Part shown: positions 37,501-48,213 of the stretch, piece by piece | How positions within the stretch are numbered: the first letter of the stretch is position 1 | Layout of the letters: each line of letters opens with the position of its first letter | Virus record (IMG/VR): IMGVR_UViG_3300025137_000014 | Span: 1 to 64,000 of that record | Source of the DNA: a virus | Length of the DNA stretch: 64,000 nucleotides | Strand: one strand, 5' to 3' | Program-made: the position numbers and the translations under genes | The notes under the pieces: generated by a model | Databases searched by the model: none | What the model was told of the DNA's origin: nothing | What the model saw: only the letters and a program-made list of their open reading frames with translations

Positions 37501-40500
37501 AATATTCGTTAATGCATCTACTGTAACTGTTGTAGTTGCAAATCCTAATCTAGTCATTGCACCAGCTGTAACTTCTGTAATAGTTAACTGTGCATTTGAA
37601 CTTGTAATAGTTACTGCATTCCCTGATGCTGATGCTGACACACCTGTAATTGATAATGCATTAATCTGATTAACTACTGATTGTGCATTTGGATCACTTG
37701 TTGCATTGTATGTACCAGAGGTCATACCTAATGCTGATAATGATGTACCGCCTAATACCATTGTATTATTCGAACTTGCGATAGTCAAAAGACCACCGAC
37801 TGATACTGTCGCTGTTATACCAGCGATTGTAGATAATTCTGTAGCAATGTTTTCGAATTTACTTGCTTTGTAAGATGATGTAGTCGATATACCTAAGTCA
37901 GTTAATGCTGAACCAGATACTTCTAATACACCTGCACTTGTTGTTAATACAATTTCATCATTTGCTGTTTTACTTGCAACAACATCAAGACTGTTTGTAT
38001 TAATGTTTGATATAACAGCGTCAACATCATCTCCTGAAGTTAAAGATAATAATGTACCATTAACCTGAAGAGGTTTATTCTGTGGTATAGTCGGTGCCTG
38101 TACTGTTCCTGTAACTGTTAAGTCTGCAAAAGATTTTGATACACTGTCAACTTCAATAGTTTGTCCAGATGCAATAGCTGTAGTTTCTGTTGCTGTGGAT
38201 GTTTCACTAATACTAGAAACACCACTATAGTCTACAGTTAATGTTGTACCATCGATTGTAACCTCATCATCTTTAGAAGAAGTTAAACTAGAAGAGGCTA
38301 TTGCAGTTGTGCCTCTAAATGTAACAACAGTGTTTGCATTTATGATTGTTCCAGTAGACCCATATATAACCATCTGCATTTTTTCACCCACAGAAACTAC
38401 AGGATCAACTGTTGCTCCTTGGATAGTAATACCAGTTGATACTGAACCACTGCCTGGAGTGTATGTAAAACTTTCACCATCAACTACGATTGCATCACCA
38501 GATGAAAACACTGGATTACTTACTGAACCAATTGCTTCAACACCTTGCTGTGATGAAGTTGGAACAAATAAACTATTTGTAGTCGAACTATCAATCTCTA
38601 CAATAAGAGGTTCATAGTTTAATTCAAATACTAAGTATTCATAAATTGCGATACCACTAACTTGTCTTGTTCCATTGCTTACCAGATAATAATAATCTGC
38701 TACTTCTGGATCAATCGTTTCATTTTTAATTTTTAGATATACACTATCGATTGTTTCAATTTCATTTGTCAATCCAATATACAATTGGTTGTCATCTGTT
38801 TCACCTATGTATGAAATTTCTGCAACTTCGCTTAGACGTTTTACATCCCATTCTCTTTGTGGATCAAACTGTACCCAAGCTGTGTCGCCTTCATATAGTG
38901 TTTCATTGTTTAAATTCGTTAAATCATATTCTGTTTTTACTTTATAATTTACATCATCACCATCTACATATCCTGTTGTTTTAACTGGATATTGTTTTGC
39001 AATATCTCTATAAACAAATGGTTGCTGTAAAGTATCATATGTAATTGTGTGTGGATCACTTAATATATCAATAGTGTTAATAGTTTTAGTTACACTAAAT
39101 CCATTGTTAACTTTTCCGTAATCGTCTACTTTAATTGCCCAAACATCTTGGTGTGTGATATCTTTAAAGTTACTATTGTTATTAATAATTCTATTAATAG
39201 AAGATTCTGTACCTTTGTGAGATAGAAAACCTTTGTAAAATTCTAGTGAACTTTCTCTTTCTAATCCGTGATTAGATAAGTATGCTCTTTTATTATAACC
39301 AATCTGCGAACCCTTAAGTCCGTTGATTGACTCTAAACTTTGGTCAACTAATGTATCTCTGTAGTATTTTGATTCTTCTGCAATAGTCTCAAAGTTTGGT
39401 ATTAATTTGTCGCCATATGTTAAGTAACCGTCTACTGTTAGCGTTCCGTCCCAATCAGTATTTCTATTACAATCAATTTGCATACGTAGATTTCTATTGT
39501 GATTAAGTGGATCATAAATTATGTCACCATAACTATCTACTCTATCTACAACAAATGCATGTTCAACATCTTGAATATCAATCTTCATTCCATAAATAGG
39601 AACATCACTTCTAAAGTTCAGTGTCTTGCCATCTGTAGTAAAGTTAATTGAAGTATTTGGTATTAATCTTCCTGATGCATCAACTACACGATAAAAGTTT
39701 TTATGTGTTTCTTTTCTAACTGAGGCTACTCCATATGGTGCTGTGAAATTTCCTGACAACAACATAGGAGATAATGTAATAAAATCTCCAGGCTCATGTG
39801 TCTCTGAACTCCATTCTAAGAATTTTAACAAAAGCTGTTTAAAGTCAATGGCGTTACCGTCTTCATCTATATCTGTAAGTCCCCAACCTATCAGTCCTAA
39901 ATATTCCTGATACCCCAACATTAAATGTGCAACATCATCTATTGAAGTTAATATATCTCCGTAGTTAAAAGTTTTTATTGCATCGTTTTGAAATTCTTTC
40001 CAACCGTAAGCAGTAATAACATTTGTTGTTGGCCATTCTATTAATTGTTTCCAATCTTCAATATTATCATCAAGTAATGTAGTTGAAGTATGTGTTCTTA
40101 AACAAACATAAGGTTGACCATTATATTTCATGTAGCTATCTTGTCTGTAGAATGCACCTTCTTGCCATTCATTAAGATTCATTCTATCGCCTTTAGTACT
40201 GAACGCTTTTTCTCCAGACGTTCTGTCCCAATCCATAGCAAAGAACGTAGGATTTATTTCATCATATCCTTGAACTCTGTAACCAAAACTTCTTATCTTG
40301 GGTTGTGATATCATGACCCAAGCCGCATAATCAAATTGTATTGTGTTTGATTGTTCTATTGTTGTCTGCCCAGAAACTTTTCTTCTATAATATTTGTTAT
40401 CTGATGGGTTAAGAACTACGTCACCAATTTCATATGTAGGAGTACTTCCTAATTGATATACCGGATGTGATGAATCCATTGAAACTTTTTCAATAACAAT

Positions 40501-43407
40501 AGCACTAAAGAATTCACTTCTGTTTGGTTCTCCAGAATGTATTATTAAGTCATAATTATCTTTAGGTATCTCTGTATACTTGCTATTAGACATAGAAGTG
40601 TTTTCTGCTAATAGTTTAAAGTTGTTTACAAACCCACCTAATTTATTACCTAATTTAAATTCGTATTGTTGCTTCTCTGCAAGAACTTGTGAAGTGTTTA
40701 TGCCTTCTCTGCTATTATGAATTGATATAGTTTGGTCTATTTCATCTTTGTATGTGTGAAGTATTTTAAAAGGTTTAGTAAGCATCATTAAGATAAACTC
40801 AATAAATGGATACTCACTTGAACGTCTCCATGCCATTTCTCTTGGAGAGCCGTCACCGAATTCCCAGTCTTCTGTCATTCTTGAAATTTCACTTACGCCC
40901 AACGAACCATTAAAGAATAAACTATTTACATCAAGTAGTGCGCCATTGGCATCTACTGGAATAGGTAAATCTGTAATGTTGTTAGCTGTATATAAGTTAT
41001 TCCAAAAAGCAGGGTCACCAAAGTTTGTGCCATATGTAGTTCTAAAGTTTTCAGGCTCTTGAGAAAGTCCTATTACTTTCCAAGGTTCTTCTTTTGGATT
41101 ATCTGTATTGTACGCAAAGTGGAATATACCACGCCAATGTCCCGGAGTATTTGCATCTATATTTCTATAGTTCCATGTTCTCCAGTCATCGCTTTTGTAA
41201 TCTGTATTTTGTAAGTCATCAATATTATTTCTAATCATCCATTTCTTAAAGAAAGGATACATTGTATATTTCTTCTCAGAATTTTGCCAGTCTGTTGAGG
41301 CTGTTCTATATACGCCGTAGTTAATTGAATCTATATTTGTTCTTGTTATATTGTCATCTAAATTATTCCAAATAAAAGTTTCAAACAACATCATAATGTC
41401 ATCTGTTCTATCATTCCATAATTTCATCATAGACCCATCGTGTCCTCTTAGGAAACTCATACTTGGGTAACCATTTGGATTATTAGAATAGTTCGCATCG
41501 TCTACTATTTCTGGTCTAAATGCAGGATTAATTTTTAAGTAAGTTGCACTTGGTGGAATAAATGTTTCTTTAATGCTATCATATCTTCTAAGATATACTG
41601 TGCTAGTACTTTGTACTGGTACAACAAATGTTAGTTCGTCACCTGTTTGAGAAACAGTATAATCTACATTAAGTCTTTGCAGTATACCATCTTTAAATAC
41701 TGACACTGTTTTATCAAAAGCTATGGTTCCTATTTCTGCTGGTATAATTTGTTCTTGTGAACCATCAGTAATTTCTATCTCTGCTTGTTGATAATTAGAA
41801 TATAATTCGCCGTGATTAATCATATCAAGTTTATCAAATATACTAATACTATCCCTTTTTGACAATGCAATCGTATTCAATGCTTCCTCAAGTAATAAAA
41901 TATCATCTTTAGATTCACTTCCTGGATCATTTAATATTTCTCTTATTGTAGTTACTAGTTTATTTTTATAACCTTGATACGTTGTTGATAGAAATTCAAC
42001 AGCTTTAATTGGATCATAGTCATCTCTAGTTAAGGCAAAAAACGCATCTCTAACGTCAACTGAATTTGTAACTAATACACTTCCTCTATTGTTAAATGTA
42101 GTTGTAGTGCCTGTTGATGTTAGATTTCTAAAATTATTAAATCCATTCGCTTCACCTGTAAGTCCAGGTGCAGTTTCTAATATTCGTAAGAAATGTTCAT
42201 ATACTAACGAATAAGATAACTCTATATTATTATAACTCTTATTATCAATGTTAAATTCTAGTGAATGATGAAGTCTTTGAAATCCATTATCACCGTCGTT
42301 TACTACGGCATTTAGTGTACAATAATCAACATATACAAATCCTTCTGGTTCATCAGTTAGTGTTACTGTATTGTTAGGAGCGTCAACTGTGTAGTTTGCA
42401 ATTTGCTTTATACCTTCTACGTATACGTCTACCGCATTTACATTTTTAGGTCTTTGCGATAATGTCAGTGTCTTACCTGCTTCTCTTCCAAATTCTTGTC
42501 TAAAGTTTCTATAATCAAATATAGTATCAATGTATATAGATTCTAATGCGCCATTGATATCGAAATGTGCTTCATTTGGAATATCAACTATGAAACAATA
42601 CTCACTTAAGTAGTCACCTGCTTTTAAAACTGGAGTGAAACCTAACTCTAGGTCTGCATTATATAAACTAGAATCACCTTCTACGTATGTAAAAATTCTT
42701 GCATCATCTAAGTTTGATCCATCTTTAGCATAAATTTTGAAAAGAGGAAACTCCCAATCAGTAGTTGTATCTTTTAATAAACTACTATTGTTAAGTTCTA
42801 GTCTGCTATCAAATTCTATAATAGGACGTTTAGCTTGTTCTATCTTGTCCATATTAGAAGTTGTTATGAAATTTTTAATATCATCATAATGATACCATTT
42901 GTTTTCATTTGACCACCAGTTATCTACTGCAAATAAATTTAATTCGTCTCTACCAATAGTAACGTAATGCTTCTTATCACTACCAGGTGTTAGATTAGAA
43001 TCAAACCCTGGTCTTACCCAATAGTACATTTCATAGTTTATAAACTTATCTAAGTTTATTGGGATATTAATTGTTTTCTTTGATGTATCGAATAATCTTC
43101 TATGGTCATTTGTTAATGCACCTTTATTGAATAATGCATTAAGCATATCTTCATAAAATACTTTATCATATGAACTAGCATAGACTGGTTCTAATCCGTA
43201 ATTTTCACGATTGAATGCATGAGGAGGGTACGAAAGATAGATATCTTCTTCTTTGTTTATTCCCTTTTCTTTTCTTCCTACAAATGCTTTTGTCTTTTCA
43301 ACTGAGCCTTTAGAAAACGCTCTTTCAAGTGTTCCTTCAAAGATAGTCTGTAATTCACTATTCTTTAAATGTCCCGGAAGAAAGTCATAAATTTTATTCT
43401 TAGCCAT
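34573..43407 (-). CDS. Giant virion structural protein (baseplate wedge, gp7-like position), 2944 aa
   Basis: Directly downstream of the gp6-like gene; uninterrupted 8.8-kb ORF with an internal S/T/G-rich repeat block. Confidence 0.7.
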   Translation of the reverse strand: MAKNKIYDFLPGHLKNSELQTIFEGTLERAFSKGSVEKTKAFVGRKEKGINKEEDIYLSYPPHAFNRENYGLEPVYASSYDKVFYEDMLNALFNKGALTNDHRRLFDTSKKTINIPINLDKFINYEMYYWVRPGFDSNLTPGSDKKHYVTIGRDELNLFAVDNWWSNENKWYHYDDIKNFITTSNMDKIEQAKRPIIEFDSRLELNNSSLLKDTTTDWEFPLFKIYAKDGSNLDDARIFTYVEGDSSLYNADLELGFTPVLKAGDYLSEYCFIVDIPNEAHFDINGALESIYIDTIFDYRNFRQEFGREAGKTLTLSQRPKNVNAVDVYVEGIKQIANYTVDAPNNTVTLTDEPEGFVYVDYCTLNAVVNDGDNGFQRLHHSLEFNIDNKSYNNIELSYSLVYEHFLRILETAPGLTGEANGFNNFRNLTSTGTTTTFNNRGSVLVTNSVDVRDAFFALTRDDYDPIKAVEFLSTTYQGYKNKLVTTIREILNDPGSESKDDILLLEEALNTIALSKRDSISIFDKLDMINHGELYSNYQQAEIEITDGSQEQIIPAEIGTIAFDKTVSVFKDGILQRLNVDYTVSQTGDELTFVVPVQSTSTVYLRRYDSIKETFIPPSATYLKINPAFRPEIVDDANYSNNPNGYPSMSFLRGHDGSMMKLWNDRTDDIMMLFETFIWNNLDDNITRTNIDSINYGVYRTASTDWQNSEKKYTMYPFFKKWMIRNNIDDLQNTDYKSDDWRTWNYRNIDANTPGHWRGIFHFAYNTDNPKEEPWKVIGLSQEPENFRTTYGTNFGDPAFWNNLYTANNITDLPIPVDANGALLDVNSLFFNGSLGVSEISRMTEDWEFGDGSPREMAWRRSSEYPFIEFILMMLTKPFKILHTYKDEIDQTISIHNSREGINTSQVLAEKQQYEFKLGNKLGGFVNNFKLLAENTSMSNSKYTEIPKDNYDLIIHSGEPNRSEFFSAIVIEKVSMDSSHPVYQLGSTPTYEIGDVVLNPSDNKYYRRKVSGQTTIEQSNTIQFDYAAWVMISQPKIRSFGYRVQGYDEINPTFFAMDWDRTSGEKAFSTKGDRMNLNEWQEGAFYRQDSYMKYNGQPYVCLRTHTSTTLLDDNIEDWKQLIEWPTTNVITAYGWKEFQNDAIKTFNYGDILTSIDDVAHLMLGYQEYLGLIGWGLTDIDEDGNAIDFKQLLLKFLEWSSETHEPGDFITLSPMLLSGNFTAPYGVASVRKETHKNFYRVVDASGRLIPNTSINFTTDGKTLNFRSDVPIYGMKIDIQDVEHAFVVDRVDSYGDIIYDPLNHNRNLRMQIDCNRNTDWDGTLTVDGYLTYGDKLIPNFETIAEESKYYRDTLVDQSLESINGLKGSQIGYNKRAYLSNHGLERESSLEFYKGFLSHKGTESSINRIINNNSNFKDITHQDVWAIKVDDYGKVNNGFSVTKTINTIDILSDPHTITYDTLQQPFVYRDIAKQYPVKTTGYVDGDDVNYKVKTEYDLTNLNNETLYEGDTAWVQFDPQREWDVKRLSEVAEISYIGETDDNQLYIGLTNEIETIDSVYLKIKNETIDPEVADYYYLVSNGTRQVSGIAIYEYLVFELNYEPLIVEIDSSTTNSLFVPTSSQQGVEAIGSVSNPVFSSGDAIVVDGESFTYTPGSGSVSTGITIQGATVDPVVSVGEKMQMVIYGSTGTIINANTVVTFRGTTAIASSSLTSSKDDEVTIDGTTLTVDYSGVSSISETSTATETTAIASGQTIEVDSVSKSFADLTVTGTVQAPTIPQNKPLQVNGTLLSLTSGDDVDAVISNINTNSLDVVASKTANDEIVLTTSAGVLEVSGSALTDLGISTTSSYKASKFENIATELSTIAGITATVSVGGLLTIASSNNTMVLGGTSLSALGMTSGTYNATSDPNAQSVVNQINALSITGVSASASGNAVTITSSNAQLTITEVTAGAMTRLGFATTTVTVDALTNIIEDIQNQALSGTTGVTLSKSTSGRQLLITSSQSSIALSNTTGNPLNDLGINAGTYSNSTSVSSSASEFKDFINTQSSTISVNITSDGRMVFTSANVSLSFSGTSDGILNKVGLYRDYTSVTSNANFKAMRWKSMRFTPFFLFETFDEFYADLGLNAEALIWADSYASEGWAVLNRNSTGSLIIRNREATTLEVDYMKRVIIQDGDNFFNYQLYDPLNLKFPGSATRDIDYITWEDPAGYDNATSKELWLDENLGKIWWDTTLARYYRYNDYGDANRILVESFASKYWGKLVPGSEINIKQWSKSEALPEGITTFTTKVYFDTIKNKSITEYYYWSEIGSEPVSGKTLSIEEIKMLLQSGDINNKFIPISNNKIAISNNAFVFENETVDVTLEYRMTPDVSSKHTDFKFIKEGGKFDNSVVDSKLWKELINNISNIEYYSADQTKVEQSMLGDPNHTIIQFQILSGLIIGQTDATINDTVVTLNSKIVDAKDIGFDIDPTNFSQAKLLIAKSVDIVVGDVVRVFRMKEDFTNTWFTDLQGARENFASLVNKELSNKHLTGNFPFYKEFIFPDELAMSLNDWYLTDEYKEVKRYGYLSKTRNFDMLKLYREGITSFKLELPTHDEYYVEHEGALRLVNSSKNALSLSYVDMVKPENDEASKQYYENALGVQIHELSSLLMGYPKRNVLNNILFGMINYLYTEKSYPDWIFKSSYIDIKMFHRDLRQYAIYQRDSEEDIIEYITEAKPYHTKIRTKERIYGKEEIINSNVNIEEKMNITLDFGNHSRYIDADVLDGGDEKIIDADNYTTIADGTWEQGRLLRTRQQYTDLPGGFDTGLILPTILDASTVMIKQYTDATRTTHDKTFMFVYDIFGRGWKIGVKAESTAASFDGTTVVVDTPASFKTASKKNKKLIAFENETTGIIEFMTYNKKASQNLTIEERGLYTGLLTELGNTSKVYALDTPLEIVLHGKVKEDWV

Positions 43408-46400
43408 TGCTTACTACATCCTCGCCTTGAAGTTCTGATGATGAAATTGCTGAAATGATTTTCACATTTTCTGATGTTGTTACACTTAAGAAAATTTCAT
43501 TTGGTTCACTAGTGATACTTAGCAAGTCTGTAAACCCGCTAGTAGAATATTTAGGTGTTATAATAACACTTGCAATATAATCTCCAAGTTGCTGATGTAA
43601 GTATGATGCTAATTCTGAGAAATAGAATGTGTCGCCAAACTCCCAATTATCTAGTGCAAAGTATTCATTAACTTTTGCTGACACTTCTGTTTTAATTTCA
43701 CTGTCAGTATATACAGTTCCTGATTTCTTAACAACTTTAAATGTTGCTTGATTTTCAGGAGTTGCAAAAGCACCAAATAAGTATTTAAACTTAACTGGTA
43801 TGTATGAGATATGGTCTGCTATTGCTGACTTAGGTTCTATACCACTCATTAGAGATTTTAGTTCGAAATTATTTGGAGAAGTTGGTATCTCTGTTTTGAA
43901 ACCACCTGCTATCCATTGGTTGACTCGTCTTACGTAATCACTTGTAAGAACATACATGTCAACGATGTTACTTGTGCTAGGATCAATTCTTTTATCTACG
44001 TCTGCATAATGATCCCATCTGTAACTCATAAATTTATCTTCAACAAAACTTTTACCATCGACTACATCATATTGTGTATCACCAAAGTATATTCGGCTAT
44101 TTGCACCTGGAGTAACTTCATTGAATACAAATGACGTTGACCAAACACCTGCTTGATATAGAAACCATTCGTTAGTGTCTGTGTTAAACCATAATCTAAA
44201 TTCAGGCTGATTGCCTGTAGGTATAGGATTAGATACTGTGCCGGCATTGCTTGCCGCAGTTGCAGTCTTAGATGCTCTATGTAAAACAATGTTGTTATTA
44301 GTTGTATCTGTATATGACTCTAATATAAATTTTTGAACGTCTGTATTGCCTTGGTCATCTTTAAGATTGAAAACATTTATTACACCGTATGGGTTTCCAG
44401 AAGTATCAAGTGATAATAATTTAACTCTTGTTGGATCAACATACCCTGTATTTGTTCTATAATCATCATATACATAAGCACTTGTAGTGACATATGAAGA
44501 TGTTTGTACTTCAACTTGTTTTGCAACAACTACGTCTGCTACAACTTTAACCCCAAAATTATCTAGTGTAGTAGTCGCACTACCGTCACCGATATACACA
44601 TCAAGTGTACTTCCTTGACCTGGATCTATAGTCCAAAAGTAAATTGTATAATTATTACCTGAACCAGAAACTAGTTCACAATGTACAGAAGGAATAATTG
44701 TTCCTCCATTATCTTTAATAATCATATTGCTTTCTGTGATTGACTCTGATGTTGCAAAGTTTATTTCACCATAAGCAGTTTGTTTAAATCTAACATCGTT
44801 TTCTATATTGTCTGCACTTGTAATAGCACCCCACGTTTTAGAAGGATATGTAAATTTGTATATGTTTGTATTTGTATCATACTGTGTGATAAAATCTTTC
44901 TGAACACCTGTCATACCAAAAGTTGCTGTTGCAGATGTTTCGCCAGCTGGTAATTCGCTTATATCAAGCCATAAAAAGTTTTCTGTTACTGGTGCAGAAC
45001 CAAAGTAATTAGATGATGCTTCACCTTTAAATCCGTATAAATTTTCTAAGTTAGTTGATGACACTGAACTAAATGATGCCGCGGCATTGGCTATGTTTGC
45101 TGAATCTGTATCCGATGTAATTGGAATAGCATCTGTTGAAACATAAATCTCACTTGACGGTGATACTGTTTCCCCAAGTGCAACATCCGTTAAGTCAGAA
45201 ACATACTGTGATATATCTGCGACTTCAAGGCTAAGTGTGTATTGTGGAGTTGACCCTATAATATCGTTGGGTGTAGCTGGTGCAGTTATAGTACTAGATG
45301 GCAAATCATAAGTTATACCTGCTGGTGACACTAGTTGATGTTTGTATGTAACTGATGAAACAGTTGCATTGTTTTCAACATAGTCGTATGTTACATCTGC
45401 GCCTGTATGCTGATAGTCTGCTTCAAATGTTGCACCGCCTGTGCCGTTAGATGCATAATTGCTAACTGGTGTATAACCTACAGTAATTTCGTCTGTTATA
45501 TTTGCATCACTAGATGATACAGTTTTTGCACCATCGTAATAGTTAATTAATAATTTATCTCTTTCTGCAAGACTTGTCTCATTGTCAACAACAACATCTT
45601 CATTGCCATAATAAAATTTTATTTGGTCATAGCTTTCAAATACAATCTTCTTACCAGCAATCTTGGCAACATAACTTGCTTCGTTTGTTCTTATTCCTGG
45701 CTTGTACTCATATTCGATACTGACTTTGCCACTTAAATCGACAACGCCATCCCATATTTTCCATTCCCATTTATCAGTTTGATTTGCTTCAATGTCCCAA
45801 TATAAAGTAAATGATGTAACATTTAAGTCATCAATCTTTTGTGTCTTGATTGCAGAAATTTCTGCTTCTGTAAATTTAGTTCTAAATGCTCTAGTTACAG
45901 ATTTAAGAGTTCCATTTTTTTCTGTAATAACTTTATTTAAAACAATTTGACCTGGGTCAGTAGATACTACTTTGACAACTTTTGCATAATATTCTGTACT
46001 TGACTCTCCGACTATTCTTACACAGTCACCTTGTTCTACGTTCCAAGGAGCAGTACCATCTATTTGTAAATTGTTTAGAGGGTTTTTTGTGTATGCCTCA
46101 TCAACTGTAATATTTGCACCTGCATTATCTTTATAATTATAATAAAACTTATTATATAATGAAGGGTGTCCTAACGCTCTTGACAAATCATTTCTAATGA
46201 AATCGTCTGCATCTCCGTTACTTCTGTCGAAATACAAATTCATGTTTATAAAATCATCTTCAACGAAAACAGAACCATCTGTTCCTGTAATACTTAAGTT
46301 TGAATGATGACCAGTAACATCATCCATTTCAAAGTAACGAGAGTTACCTGCAAAAGTTGTGTTAACTGATTTTAATTTTTTTACAATGTTGTTACCTAAT

Positions 46401-47725
46401 GTAAGTGGATATACATTATAGTCTTGTGCGTTTACCATTCTATCTTGTGAATAGTAAGCCTTTTGTGCAATTCTTCTTACACTTGTAAATGTTTCGCCTG
46501 CAAAGTTTTCACCAAAGTCTTTAGTACTTGCCATAGTAACAGACAATCTATATGTCTTATCATCTGCACCTGTATATGGAATAGAGATAGTAACATTTGA
46601 TATATCGCCTGACTGTACTGAGAAGTTTTCGTTAGCACAAGTTCTAAACCATGTTCTATAATCACCGAATGCCGCATTGCCAAATATTCCATCTGGATAT
46701 CTTAATTCTATTGAGTTGCTAGAGTTTGTAGAAATATTTACAAGGTCGCCGTTGCCTGTTCTTAATGAATTATATATTGCAGTTTCACGTGTATCGTTAT
46801 CTACTTTAGTAACTGATGATTTGTATGACAAATCTGAATTTAGTTTATGAACCCAAACATCTGTGTTCGACACATTTTCATTTGTGATTGTCTCTACTCT
46901 GTTAGACATTTTCACACTATAAGAAAAGTTTTCAAACTGCAATGTTCCTGCTTTTGCTAAAACAAAGAAACCTGTTCTGTCTGATGCTGGTCCTAAGTTA
47001 TCATTTCTATTAATGATTGTAAAGTTCTTATCATTTAGCGGAGCACCTTCAATAATTTTATCATTTTCGAAACTTGCTCTGACCGCCTCAAATCTTCTGT
47101 TGGCGCCTGATACATTTGATGTAAATGCATATGCAATAGATTTAGAATCTTGTTTCTCATTTATTTCGTACAAGTAATTTTCAACATTACCTACGTTTAA
47201 ACTTGCACTTGGATCTTGAATTTTTGTATTTTTATTGAAAGAAGAATTTAATACTGTAATGAATTTTTCATACCAGTCAACATCATTAGAGTCGTTCCAG
47301 TTGATAACGCTACCGGCAAGAGAGGAGCCTTCGTTATCTGCAACATCTTCTGTAGTTGATATACTTGTGATTTTCATCATACCACTGGCATTGATTGGTC
47401 GTGTCTTTGTATAACCAAGTGTTCTTGCCATACGTAAAATACTTTCACGGCGCTCTGCGGTATCCATGAAGTTTTCACGTGTGTTCATGTCATTTCTAAA
47501 TGCTAGTGAATGACCTAAGTATGCTACAAGGTCTAAAATCGCAATGAATTCAGAACTTGCTATAAAATCATTAAATTTTTCTGGGTATGTCTTATTGATG
47601 TACGCAAGTAAACTTTCACGTATTGTATCGAAATCATAAGACTTCAAACTTACGTTACTAAACGCAGTGTATACACTGGTCCAACTTTCACTTGCAAATA
47701 AGCTATCTATTCTTTCTTGACTCAT
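43400..47725 (-). CDS. Baseplate wedge subunit (gp6-like)
   Basis: YDFDTIRESL...SEFIAILDLVAYLGHSLAFRND..TRENFMDTAERRESILRMARTLGY; QDRMVNAQDY. Confidence 0.85.
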   Translation of the reverse strand: MSQERIDSLFASESWTSVYTAFSNVSLKSYDFDTIRESLLAYINKTYPEKFNDFIASSEFIAILDLVAYLGHSLAFRNDMNTRENFMDTAERRESILRMARTLGYTKTRPINASGMMKITSISTTEDVADNEGSSLAGSVINWNDSNDVDWYEKFITVLNSSFNKNTKIQDPSASLNVGNVENYLYEINEKQDSKSIAYAFTSNVSGANRRFEAVRASFENDKIIEGAPLNDKNFTIINRNDNLGPASDRTGFFVLAKAGTLQFENFSYSVKMSNRVETITNENVSNTDVWVHKLNSDLSYKSSVTKVDNDTRETAIYNSLRTGNGDLVNISTNSSNSIELRYPDGIFGNAAFGDYRTWFRTCANENFSVQSGDISNVTISIPYTGADDKTYRLSVTMASTKDFGENFAGETFTSVRRIAQKAYYSQDRMVNAQDYNVYPLTLGNNIVKKLKSVNTTFAGNSRYFEMDDVTGHHSNLSITGTDGSVFVEDDFINMNLYFDRSNGDADDFIRNDLSRALGHPSLYNKFYYNYKDNAGANITVDEAYTKNPLNNLQIDGTAPWNVEQGDCVRIVGESSTEYYAKVVKVVSTDPGQIVLNKVITEKNGTLKSVTRAFRTKFTEAEISAIKTQKIDDLNVTSFTLYWDIEANQTDKWEWKIWDGVVDLSGKVSIEYEYKPGIRTNEASYVAKIAGKKIVFESYDQIKFYYGNEDVVVDNETSLAERDKLLINYYDGAKTVSSSDANITDEITVGYTPVSNYASNGTGGATFEADYQHTGADVTYDYVENNATVSSVTYKHQLVSPAGITYDLPSSTITAPATPNDIIGSTPQYTLSLEVADISQYVSDLTDVALGETVSPSSEIYVSTDAIPITSDTDSANIANAAASFSSVSSTNLENLYGFKGEASSNYFGSAPVTENFLWLDISELPAGETSATATFGMTGVQKDFITQYDTNTNIYKFTYPSKTWGAITSADNIENDVRFKQTAYGEINFATSESITESNMIIKDNGGTIIPSVHCELVSGSGNNYTIYFWTIDPGQGSTLDVYIGDGSATTTLDNFGVKVVADVVVAKQVEVQTSSYVTTSAYVYDDYRTNTGYVDPTRVKLLSLDTSGNPYGVINVFNLKDDQGNTDVQKFILESYTDTTNNNIVLHRASKTATAASNAGTVSNPIPTGNQPEFRLWFNTDTNEWFLYQAGVWSTSFVFNEVTPGANSRIYFGDTQYDVVDGKSFVEDKFMSYRWDHYADVDKRIDPSTSNIVDMYVLTSDYVRRVNQWIAGGFKTEIPTSPNNFELKSLMSGIEPKSAIADHISYIPVKFKYLFGAFATPENQATFKVVKKSGTVYTDSEIKTEVSAKVNEYFALDNWEFGDTFYFSELASYLHQQLGDYIASVIITPKYSTSGFTDLLSITSEPNEIFLSVTTSENVKIISAISSSELQGEDVVSNG

Positions 47726-47729
47726 TGTT

Positions 47730-48086
47730 CTATTCTCTCTTTAAATCTATCGTAAGTGTGATAGGCTCTTTTTCTGGTAAAATCGCTACACGGATAGATG
47801 CTGTGACTGTATGTTCACCTTCAGTTAAGTTGATGGACTCTAAAGTTACTCTAGGTTCATCGCTGATGATGTTTGTTAAATCTTCTTCAATAAGTGTTCT
47901 TGTGTTAGGAGTCAATGGTTCGAATATCATATCATGTACAATAGACCCATAAGTAGGCATCATCACTCTTTCCCCTTTTCGGGTCATGATATTATTCATC
48001 AAATCTTCCACAACTAGTTCTTTGCCAGTCAATGTGTGATTGATTGCACTTTTGTTCTTTGTACTGAAACCTATAAATCTTGCCAT
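47730..48086 (-). CDS. Baseplate wedge subunit (gp25-like)
   Basis: NNIMTRKGERVMMPTYGSIVHDMIFEP...EPRV, the GPW/gp25 signature. Confidence 0.9.
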   Translation of the reverse strand: MARFIGFSTKNKSAINHTLTGKELVVEDLMNNIMTRKGERVMMPTYGSIVHDMIFEPLTPNTRTLIEEDLTNIISDEPRVTLESINLTEGEHTVTASIRVAILPEKEPITLTIDLKRE

Positions 48087-48111
48087 TATGTACTCTCTTT
48101 ACTTATTAAGA

Positions 48112-48120
48112 GTATTTATC
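48112..48120 (-). promoter_or_regulatory. Putative late promoter GATAAATAC
   Basis: 25 nt upstream of the gp25-like start. Confidence 0.6.
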
Positions 48121-48146
48121 ATCGTATAAACTTCGAACTTTTTGTA

Positions 48147-48175
48147 TTGACTTTTTATTTAATTTAATGTACAAT
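48147..48175 (+). promoter_or_regulatory. sigma70-type promoter for clpP
   Basis: TTGACT, 17-nt spacer, TACAAT. Confidence 0.6.
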
Positions 48176-48213
48176 CGTTATTAATCATATAAAAATGGAG
48201 AATAAATAAAAGT

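Noticed and set aside
34573-47725. Inteins or self-splicing introns in the giant structural ORFs
   Set aside because: No intein terminal motifs, homing-endonuclease motifs or frame interruptions were recognised.
48202-48208. ATAAATA as a late promoter for clpP
   Set aside because: It lies between the SD and the start codon, so it cannot produce a normal leader; likely chance in AT-rich DNA.
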